Shown: one piece after another, positions 57,534 through 64,000 of the stretch
Position numbering within the stretch: position 1 is the stretch's first letter
How the letters are laid out: the number at the start of each line of letters is the position of its first letter
Origin: an uncultured Planctomycetia bacterium
GTDB taxonomy: Bacteria; Omnitrophota; Gorgyraeia; Pluralincolimonadales; Pluralincolimonadaceae
Reading direction: 5' to 3'
Length of the DNA stretch: 64,000 bases
NCBI GenBank assembly: GCA_964650515.1
Contig: CAZYUB010000006.1
Span: 13,858-77,857 of the forward strand
Notes under the pieces: generated by a model
Database searches by the model: none
Seen by the model: only the letters and a program-made list of their open reading frames with translations
Told to the model about the DNA's origin: nothing
Program-made: the position numbers and the translations under genes

Positions 57534-58268
57534 ATGCAAAAGATAAATGTTGAAGAACAGATAGGCCACCTGAAAAAACTCCAGGCCGTCGACGGCGATA
57601 TCTTCCGGCTGCGCAGGGAAAGGGCGTCGAAACCCAAGCTTATCGAGGACCTTGAAGCGCGCCGCAACGACGAACAGGCCGCGGTCAGGGGCATTGAGGA
57701 GAAGATAAAGGCGAACCAGGTAAAGCGCAAACAGCGCGAACTCGACCTGCAGGCGAAAGAGGACGGGGTAAAGAAACTCCAGGTCCAGCTCTACCAGCTG
57801 AAGACGAACAAAGAATACCAGGCGATGCAGCAGGAGATAGAGGGGCATAAGGCGGACAAGTCCCGCGTCGAGGATGACATACTTGTGCTCATGGAAGAGG
57901 CGGATGCGCTGAATAAGGACCTCGCGAAGGAGAAGGCGCTTTTCGCCGACGCGGAGAAGCACCTGAACGAGGACAAGAGGGTGATTGAGGGCGAGATCGC
58001 CGCGCTCGACAAGCGGATAACGGAGCTCGAGGCGGAACGCTCCGCCGCCGCCGCGCAGGTCGATAAGAAGGTCCTCGCGCATTACGAGAAGGTATTGTCG
58101 GGAAGGGACGGCGTCGCGATCGTGGCGGTGAAGGACAACGCGTGCCAGGGGTGCTTCATGAACCTGCCGCCGCAGATGATAAACGAGATAAAAATGAACG
58201 ATAAGGTCATCACCTGCGAGAGCTGCGCGCGCATATTGTACATTGAGAAAGAAGCCGATGCGCCATAA
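57534..58268 (+). CDS. Zn-ribbon coiled-coil protein (DUF164/COG1579 family).
   Basis: Long coiled coil, then CQGC…CESC at the C-terminus. The track ORF start (57441) overlaps tRNA-Val, so I trimmed it to the ATG at 57534. Confidence 0.7.
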   Translation: MQKINVEEQIGHLKKLQAVDGDIFRLRRERASKPKLIEDLEARRNDEQAAVRGIEEKIKANQVKRKQRELDLQAKEDGVKKLQVQLYQLKTNKEYQAMQQEIEGHKADKSRVEDDILVLMEEADALNKDLAKEKALFADAEKHLNEDKRVIEGEIAALDKRITELEAERSAAAAQVDKKVLAHYEKVLSGRDGVAIVAVKDNACQGCFMNLPPQMINEIKMNDKVITCESCARILYIEKEADAP

Positions 58269-58674
58269 ACGCCTCGTCATATATACGGACGGCGGTTCCC
58301 GCGGGAATCCCGGGCCGTCGGGCATAGGCGTCATCGTATGCGGCGAAGGCGGAGAGGCCGTAAAGAACGTATCGAAGTATATCGGCGAGACGACGAACAA
58401 CGTCGCGGAATATATGGCGCTGATATACGGCCTGCAGGAGGCCTTGATTTTAAGGGCCGATGAGGTTATAATCAACTCGGATTCGGAACTGCTTGTAAAG
58501 CAGCTGAAAAAGGAGTATAAGGTCAAGGATAAGGACCTGAAGGTGCTGAACGGCCAGGTCGAGCACCTGTTGTCGGGCTTCAGGAAATACGAGATAAACC
58601 ATATCGACCGTTCCCTTAACAAGGGAGCGGACAGGCTGGCCGATAAGGCGGTAGGCCAGGAGTCGCTCTTTTAG
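58243..58674 (+). CDS. rnhA: Ribonuclease HI.
   Basis: VIYTDGGSRGNPGPSGIGV, plus the DEDD catalytic residues. Confidence 0.85.
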   Translation: MRKKPMRHKRLVIYTDGGSRGNPGPSGIGVIVCGEGGEAVKNVSKYIGETTNNVAEYMALIYGLQEALILRADEVIINSDSELLVKQLKKEYKVKDKDLKVLNGQVEHLLSGFRKYEINHIDRSLNKGADRLADKAVGQESLF

Positions 58675-58684
58675 ATCACAGGAT

Positions 58685-59117
58685 TTGGGCAGGCCGGATG
58701 GTCGGTCCTGGCTGATTTGCTTCGGCTTCTTGCCAGAAGCAAATCAATACGCCTGGACAGGAAAGTCCGAGCTCCAAAGGACAGCGTAGCGGGTAACGCC
58801 CGTCCGTCGTAAGGCGAGGATAATCCCAAGGCTAGTGATAGCCGCAGGATCCCGATGCCGGACTTCTCCGAAGTCCTGGCTCGGGAGAGCCACAGTGACG
58901 AACAATCCCATGCGGGAGGCCTGACGGCCTTAACGCCGGGACGAAGTGAAACGCGGCAATCTCTACGCGGTGCAAGGCCAAATAGGCGCATCTCTTGGGG
59001 CTGTCCGTCCCAAGCCCGCAAGGGCGGATGCGCGGGTTGGCTGCTTGACCCCGGCGGTAACGCCGGGGCTAGATGGATGATCATCGAACACGAAACTCGG
59101 CTTATAGGCCTGCCCAA
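58685..59117 (+). ncRNA. rnpB: RNase P RNA (bacterial type A).
   Basis: P4 strands: GGAAAGTCCGAGCTCC (5') and ACGAAACTCGGCTTATAGG (3'). A P1 pairing GGGCAGGCC…GGCCTGCCC. About 430 nt. Confidence 0.7.
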
Positions 59118-59138
59118 AATAATTTTCAGGAGAAGGAA

Positions 59139-59510
59139 TTGGCTATAGAAAGCCGCGCCGGCATAAGGGTAAAGATAGACGCGACCATAATGGTCGAGAT
59201 CGATACGGGCATGAAGGACAAGGTCCGCATAATCCGCGAACCCCAGAAGGCCGTCGTCGTCGACATAAGCATCATCGGCCTCGGCGTGATATCGCCGATA
59301 TTCCTTCCGAAAGGCGCCATCCTCGTCATACAGCTTGATACTACGATCTTCGATACAGACAAACCCGCGAGGGTAATAGGCGAGGTCAGGTACTGCAGGC
59401 CTTCGAAGAACAAGGATTACAGGACCGGCGTGAAGTTCCTCGATATAGACAAGACCCTGCTCGCGAAGATAAAAGAGTATGTCGAGCAGCATAAGCACAA
59501 CGCGGTATGA
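59139..59510 (+). CDS. PilZ-domain c-di-GMP-binding protein.
   Basis: RxxxR-like start and DISIIGLGV (DxSxxG). RBS AGGAGAAGGA, then a TTG at 59139. The track ORF start at 59073 would lie inside rnpB. Confidence 0.6.
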   Translation: MAIESRAGIRVKIDATIMVEIDTGMKDKVRIIREPQKAVVVDISIIGLGVISPIFLPKGAILVIQLDTTIFDTDKPARVIGEVRYCRPSKNKDYRTGVKFLDIDKTLLAKIKEYVEQHKHNAV

Positions 59511-59535
59511 ACCTACGGGAGACGCGGCGCGGCAT

Positions 59536-60636
59536 ATGGACATAAAAGCGATATTCAAGTCGATGGTAGATACCGGGGCTTCCGACATCTTCTTCAAGGT
59601 GGGAAGCCCCGTTAATTTTCGGGTGGACGGGATGCTGGCTCCGCAGGGTTCCGAAGCCCTTACCGAAAAAGACGTCTCGAAGATGATCGACGAGGTCTTG
59701 TCCGCGGACCAGAAGAAAGCCTTTGAAAGGGACCGCGAGATAGATTTCGGCGTTAACTTCGAGGGGCTCGGGAGGTTCCGCGGCAGCATATTCCACCAGA
59801 ACGGATTGCCCGGCGCCGTCTTCAGGTTCATCAAGGGCAAGATAGAGGCGTTCGACCCGCTGAACCTGCCGTCGAAGGTGCTCAGCAAACTCGCGCTCGA
59901 GAAGAGGGGCCTCATACTAATTACGGGCGCGACCGGAAGCGGCAAGTCCACGACTATCGCGAGCATAATAGAATACATCAACCAGAACCTTCCGTCCCAT
60001 ATAGTCACTATCGAGGACCCGATAGAGTTCGTCTTCGAGGATAAGAAATCGCTCGTCGAACAGCGCGAACTCGGCCTCGATACGCCGTCTTACCTCGATG
60101 CGCTGAAACATGTCATGTACCAGAGCCCGGACGTTATATTCATCGGCAACATACGCGACATGGAGACGATGGCGGCCGCCATGACAGCCGCCGAAACGGG
60201 CCAGCTCGTCGTAAGCACGATACATTCCGTGAACGCTATACAGACCGTAGAGAGGATAGTGAATTTCTACCCGCCCCACCAGCATGAGGAGATACGCATG
60301 CAGCTCTCGCTGCTGCTGAAGGGCGTCATCTCGCAGAGGCTGATCCCCGTAAAGGAAGGCAAAGGCAGGATGCCCGCCTGCGAGGTCATGCTCAATACCC
60401 CCACGATCTCCGCCCTGATAAGGGAAGGCAAGACGAACGAGCTCCTGCAGTATATAGAGGAAGGCGGAATATTCGGCATGCAGACGTTCGACCAGTGCCT
60501 CGCCAAGCTTTGCCTCGACGGCCGCATATCAGTCGAAGAGGCTAAGCGATTCTGCGATTCCGTCGCGATACTCGACCTCGCCCTTAAGGGCATCAAACGC
60601 ACCGAACGCGGCACTCCATTCACCCCCAACCGCTAA
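59536..60636 (+). CDS. pilT: Twitching-motility ATPase PilT.
   Basis: MDIKAIFKSMVDTGASDIFFKVGSP… is PilT-like. Walker A GATGSGKST. An alternative upstream start is at 59479. Confidence 0.85.
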   Translation: MDIKAIFKSMVDTGASDIFFKVGSPVNFRVDGMLAPQGSEALTEKDVSKMIDEVLSADQKKAFERDREIDFGVNFEGLGRFRGSIFHQNGLPGAVFRFIKGKIEAFDPLNLPSKVLSKLALEKRGLILITGATGSGKSTTIASIIEYINQNLPSHIVTIEDPIEFVFEDKKSLVEQRELGLDTPSYLDALKHVMYQSPDVIFIGNIRDMETMAAAMTAAETGQLVVSTIHSVNAIQTVERIVNFYPPHQHEEIRMQLSLLLKGVISQRLIPVKEGKGRMPACEVMLNTPTISALIREGKTNELLQYIEEGGIFGMQTFDQCLAKLCLDGRISVEEAKRFCDSVAILDLALKGIKRTERGTPFTPNR

Positions 60637-60648
60637 TCTAGTAATCTA

Positions 60649-60737
60649 GGAGCCATCCTCCAGGGGGACACCCTCAGATATAATGAAGGACGGAGTCTGT
60701 CCAGTGTGTCCCCTCGGAGGATGGCTCCCTTTTTTTG
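60649..60737 (+). terminator. Large intrinsic terminator: a ~23-bp bulged stem with a structured loop, followed by TTTTTTT.
   Basis: GGAGCCATCCTCC…GGAGGATGGCTCC is a perfect 13-bp inverted repeat. The inner AGGGGGACAC/GTGTGTCCCCT arm extends the stem. A T7 run at 60730-36. Confidence 0.6.
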
Positions 60738-60763
60738 GCTCCCTTTTTTCCCTATTATTTCCC

Positions 60764-60792
60764 TTGACACAAGTGGAGGTGGGGTGTATACT
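60764..60792 (+). promoter_or_regulatory. Sigma70-like promoter TTGACA-17-TATACT for the mraZ (dcw) cluster.
   Basis: TTGACA at 60764-69 and TATACT at 60787-92. Confidence 0.5.
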
Positions 60793-60802
60793 TTGTAGCG
60801 TC

Positions 60803-60830
60803 AGGTGGAGTAAAGTGGTTTAAAGTGGAG
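60803..60830 (+). promoter_or_regulatory. Putative MraZ operator: three direct repeats (c)AGGTGGAG / AAAGTGGTT / AAAGTGGAG at exact 10-bp phasing.
   Basis: GTGG cores at 60805, 60815 and 60825. Additional GTGG(A/G) copies at 60773, 60779 and 60840. Confidence 0.45.
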
Positions 60831-60836
60831 AATATG

Positions 60837-60947
60837 GTTGTGGGTCCAAATTAGCCTTTGTCGGGGAGCCCTCGCAAGAGGGAAAGGCAAAGCAAAAAGG
60901 GTCCAGCCGGTCCTTATAAATTTTGGGCCCACAACCTTTTTGTTCTT
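60837..60947 (+). promoter_or_regulatory. Structured mraZ 5' leader: a long-range stem (GTTGTGGGTCCAAA … TTTTGGGCCCACAAC) followed by CTTTTTGTTCTT, a candidate attenuator or terminator.
   Basis: The inverted repeat encloses ~70 nt, which contains a CCCTC-GCAA-GAGGG GNRA hairpin. A T-rich tract lies 25 nt upstream of the mraZ RBS. Confidence 0.4.
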
Positions 60948-60972
60948 ATCTTCGCTATTGGGGGGATGATAG

Positions 60973-61419
60973 ATGTTTTACGGGGAATACGAACATACTA
61001 TCGACAGGAAGGGCAGGATCATCATACCCTCCAAGTTCCGCGAGGTCTTCAAGGAAAATTTCGTCGAAAAATTCTACGTGACGCGCGGCCTCGACAAGTG
61101 CCTCTTCGTTTTTACCGAGGAAGAATGGAAGCTCGCCGAACAGAAATTCAAAGGCATGTCTTTTACCAAGGCCGACTCGAGGAAGTTCAACCGCCTGTTC
61201 TTCTCGGGCGCCGTAGATGTCACATGCGACAAGCAGGGAAGGGTCCTGTTGCCGCAGTACCTGAAGGATTACGCCGGGATAAAACGTGACGTAATGATAG
61301 TCGGCGTCTCGAACAGGATGGAGATCTGGTCGAAGGAGGAGTGGAACAGGTACTACGATAACGCGGCGCCTTCGTTCGAGAAGACCGCGGAGAACCTATT
61401 GGAACTTGACAACACATAA
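60973..61419 (+). CDS. mraZ: Transcriptional regulator MraZ.
   Basis: MFYGEYEHTIDRKGRIIIPSKFRE… is MraZ, with duplicated DxxxR domains. Confidence 0.9.
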   Translation: MFYGEYEHTIDRKGRIIIPSKFREVFKENFVEKFYVTRGLDKCLFVFTEEEWKLAEQKFKGMSFTKADSRKFNRLFFSGAVDVTCDKQGRVLLPQYLKDYAGIKRDVMIVGVSNRMEIWSKEEWNRYYDNAAPSFEKTAENLLELDNT

Positions 61420-62305
61420 GCCCGTTCTTTTAAAAGAGGTTCTTGAGGCGCTTGAGCCTGCGCCGGGGAAGACGATAGTCGACTGCACGGTCGGCCTCGG
61501 TGGCCATGCCGAGGCGATACTAGCGGCGATATCACCCGGAGGGCGGCTGGTCGGAATCGACAGGGATGCTCAGGCGCTTGAGATAGCGAAGGAAAGATTA
61601 GGGAGGCCCGGGGAGAGGGTGGACCTGATCAAGGGAAGGTTTGACGAGCTCGACGCGATCTTTGAGAGGGCCGGGATAAAAGGGGCCGACGGTTTCCTGT
61701 TCGACCTCGGCGTATCCTCGATGCAGTTCGACGAGGCGGGCCGCGGGTTCAGTTTCCGCGCCGACGCGCCGCTCGATATGCGCATGGATACCGAGGCGGT
61801 AAAAGACGCCGCGGAGCTCATCAATACAACGAGCGAAGCGGAGCTCGACCGCATACTCGAGGAGTACGGCGAGGAGAGGTTCCACCGCAGGATCGCTTCG
61901 GCGATCGTAGAGGAGAGGAAGAAGGCCCGGATAGAGACGACCGGAAGGCTTGTCGATATAATCGTGCACGCGATGCCTTATAAGATGAGGCACGGCAGGG
62001 TGCACGCGGCGACAAGGAGCTTCCAGGCGTTCAGGATAGCGGTCAACGACGAGCTGGGCTCGCTCGACAGGGCGCTTGACCAGGCGATCGGGCTGCTGAA
62101 CACGGCGGGTGTCATATGCGTTATATCATACCACTCGCTGGAAGACAGGATAGTGAAGAACAAGTTCAGGGAAGCCAAGGCCCGGAAGATATTGGAATTG
62201 AAGAGCAAGAAGCCGGTGACGCCGACCGAGCAGGAGATCGGTGGTAATCCGCGGGCGCGCAGCGCGAAAATGCGCGCGGCTAAGGCGGCGCGAAGCGACG
62301 CCTAG
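61406..62305 (+). CDS. rsmH: 16S rRNA m4C1402 methyltransferase RsmH.
   Basis: HKPVLLKEVLEAL…DCTVGLGGH is RsmH. TTG start overlapping the mraZ 3' end. Confidence 0.9.
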   Translation: MTTHKPVLLKEVLEALEPAPGKTIVDCTVGLGGHAEAILAAISPGGRLVGIDRDAQALEIAKERLGRPGERVDLIKGRFDELDAIFERAGIKGADGFLFDLGVSSMQFDEAGRGFSFRADAPLDMRMDTEAVKDAAELINTTSEAELDRILEEYGEERFHRRIASAIVEERKKARIETTGRLVDIIVHAMPYKMRHGRVHAATRSFQAFRIAVNDELGSLDRALDQAIGLLNTAGVICVISYHSLEDRIVKNKFREAKARKILELKSKKPVTPTEQEIGGNPRARSAKMRAAKAARSDA

Positions 62306-62316
62306 ACAGGGGAGAG

Positions 62317-62709
62317 ATGAAGGTTTACAGGTTCCTTATAATGACGGTAGCAGCCACGGCGGTCGCGTTGGTCTATGTGACGCAGCAGACCTCGCTGATA
62401 CGCCTCAGTTATGACATAAAAGCCAAGGAGCAGGCCTACTCGGAGCTTCTTGACCGCAATAAGATACTGCTGTATAATGTAAGGCAGTTGGAATCCCCGG
62501 CGCGTCTCGAGAAGACACTCCTGGCAAAGAACGTAAAGATGGAGGTCCCCTCAAAAGAGCGCTTTATACTGTTGTCTTCGGCCCAGGGATACAGCGCCGC
62601 GGATAACGCCGTGAACGCAGGCGCGGTCGGGTTCCTCGGAAGGGTCCGGCAGACCGTAGCGGGCCTGTTCGCATTGGGGCCCGAAGCGCAGGCTAAACCT
62701 TTAAAATAA
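62317..62709 (+). CDS. ftsL: Cell division protein FtsL-like (small bitopic protein).
   Basis: A single N-terminal TM plus a coiled coil, positioned between rsmH and ftsI. Confidence 0.6.
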   Translation: MKVYRFLIMTVAATAVALVYVTQQTSLIRLSYDIKAKEQAYSELLDRNKILLYNVRQLESPARLEKTLLAKNVKMEVPSKERFILLSSAQGYSAADNAVNAGAVGFLGRVRQTVAGLFALGPEAQAKPLK

Positions 62710-62765
62710 TCGTAACTACTTATATACCCTAATAGTTTTCCGCCGAAAACAAGGGTTGGTTATAC

Positions 62766-64000
62766 GTGTACACTAGAGCCCACAAGAGACGCCTGAATCT
62801 TGTCTTTTCTTTATTCATTGTTTTATTAAGCCTCCTTCTTATCCGCGTAATATACATCCAGCTCGCAAAAGCGTACGACCTTGCGCTGCTCGCGAAGAAA
62901 CAGCATACGGCCGTCATCGAGCTCCAGCCGAAACGCGGCACAATCTACGACAGGAACCTGACGCCGCTCGCGGTCTCGCTTAACCTCGATTCCGTTTTCG
63001 CCAACCCGAGGGAGATAAAGGAAAAGAGGGCCGCGGCCAAAAAACTTGCCTCGGCGATGGGCCTAAGCGAACAGTTCGTTTATGACCGCATATGCAGGGA
63101 CAAGGGGTTCGTCTGGCTGAAGAGGAAGCTGAACCCTTCCGAATCCGAAAGGGTAAGGGCGCTGAAGATCAAAGGGGTGGAATTCATAAAAGAGCCGAAG
63201 AGGGTCTACCCGAACAATTCGCTCGCGAGCCAGATAATCGGTTATGCCGGCACGGATGACAGGGGGCTTGAGGGGCTCGAGCTCAGGTATGACGAATACC
63301 TGAAAGGCGCGCCCGGATATAGGGCGACGCTGCGCGACGCGCGCAGGAGGGCTATCGCCTCGTTCGAGTACGAATATTACCCTTCCGTCGACGGGCTCGA
63401 CCTCGTGCTGACGATAGACGACGTGATACAGTATATCGCGGAACGCGAGCTCGAAGCGGCGGTCGAGAAATACCACCCGATAGGCGCCTGCATAATAGTA
63501 ATGGACCCGAGGACCGGCGACATCCTCGCGATGTCTAACAGGCCGACATTCGACCTCAACTCCTTCCAGAAAGTGACCCCGGAGAGGAAGCGCAACCGCG
63601 CCGTGACCGACATGTACGAGCCGGGCTCGATATTCAAGATCGTCACGGCCGCCGCGGCGCTGCAGCAGGATGCCGTCGGACTCAACGACCGTTTTTACTG
63701 CGAGAACGGGGCGTGGAAACGCGCGGGCGGAAAGGTCCTGCATGACCACAAGCCGCACGGGTGGCTCACGTTCAGGCAGGTCATCGAGAAGTCGTCGAAC
63801 ATCGGAACAGTCAAGGTCGCGATGAAACTCGGCTCGAACAACCTTTACGATTACATAAAGAAATTCGGTTTCGGCGACATTACCGGCGTAGACCTTCCGG
63901 GCGAAGTGCCGGGTTTCATTCGCCCGCCCTCGAAATGGTCCGGGACCTCTATCTACGCGATACCTATGGGGCAGGAGGTCGTCGTCTCCCCGCTGCAGAT
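62766..64000 (+). CDS. ftsI: Peptidoglycan D,D-transpeptidase FtsI (PBP3/PBP2-class), 5' partial; the gene continues past the window.
   Basis: GTG start. RGTIYDRNLTPLA, SIFK (SxxK) and SSN motifs. No stop before position 64000. Confidence 0.8.
   Translation, partial: MYTRAHKRRLNLVFSLFIVLLSLLLIRVIYIQLAKAYDLALLAKKQHTAVIELQPKRGTIYDRNLTPLAVSLNLDSVFANPREIKEKRAAAKKLASAMGLSEQFVYDRICRDKGFVWLKRKLNPSESERVRALKIKGVEFIKEPKRVYPNNSLASQIIGYAGTDDRGLEGLELRYDEYLKGAPGYRATLRDARRRAIASFEYEYYPSVDGLDLVLTIDDVIQYIAERELEAAVEKYHPIGACIIVMDPRTGDILAMSNRPTFDLNSFQKVTPERKRNRAVTDMYEPGSIFKIVTAAAALQQDAVGLNDRFYCENGAWKRAGGKVLHDHKPHGWLTFRQVIEKSSNIGTVKVAMKLGSNNLYDYIKKFGFGDITGVDLPGEVPGFIRPPSKWSGTSIYAIPMGQEVVVSPLQ

Noticed and set aside
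60858-61289. The +frame ORF (143 aa) overlapping mraZ.
   Set aside because: It is an alternate frame of the strongly conserved mraZ. The MraZ reading frame (60973..61419) shows the canonical MFYGEYEHTIDRKGRIIIP sequence.
1-64000. CRISPR arrays, IS elements or transposases, and rRNA genes.
   Set aside because: I found no regularly spaced direct repeats with unique spacers, no transposase or integrase-like ORFs, and no rRNA-like conserved stretches. The only strong repeats are intragenic (the MORN array).

Overview
This is a GC-rich (roughly 55-60%) bacterial chromosomal segment. Coding density is very high and almost entirely on the + strand. Most of the window is core housekeeping genes. Examples are yebC-ruvCAB, queA-tgt-yajC-secDF, recJ, recG, a plsX-fabHDG-acpP-fabF fatty-acid cluster, dnaG-rpoD, rnhA followed by an RNase P RNA, two tRNAs, and the 5' end of the mraZ-rsmH-ftsL-ftsI division cluster. 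Several accessory blocks are embedded in it. (1) At the 5' end is a GspK/PilX-like minor pseudopilin fused to lectin-like domains. It shares a C-terminal tail motif with the partial gene upstream. (2) After fabF comes an acyl-CoA dehydrogenase with EtfB and a ferredoxin-fused EtfA. (3) At 30.5-48.0 kb is the most unusual locus. It contains a GGEEL diguanylate cyclase and a MORN-variant tandem-repeat protein. These are followed by a small HTH gene with a near-consensus promoter, a giant (1271 aa) TolC-like outer-membrane lipoprotein, and a giant (3074 aa) membrane protein. The two giant genes are translationally coupled. The 3074-aa protein combines an N-terminal six-hairpin glycosidase-like domain with a C-terminal processive GT2-type glycan-synthase core. 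A convergent, lower-GC sugar-nucleotidyltransferase-like gene follows. I read this as a previously undescribed giant-gene polysaccharide synthesis and export module. (4) A lipoprotein, a radical-SAM/SPASM enzyme and a polyferredoxin membrane protein sit next to a truncated GspE-like ATPase, with PilZ and PilT nearby. I also see near-consensus sigma70 promoters, a large hairpin terminator after pilT, and phased AAAGTGG repeats that look like a MraZ operator. A structured, terminator-like leader lies upstream of mraZ. No CRISPR, IS element, integrase or rRNA was seen. Long minus-strand ORFs in the track are GC-driven shadow ORFs. All functional calls come from reading motifs by eye. No database search was run.
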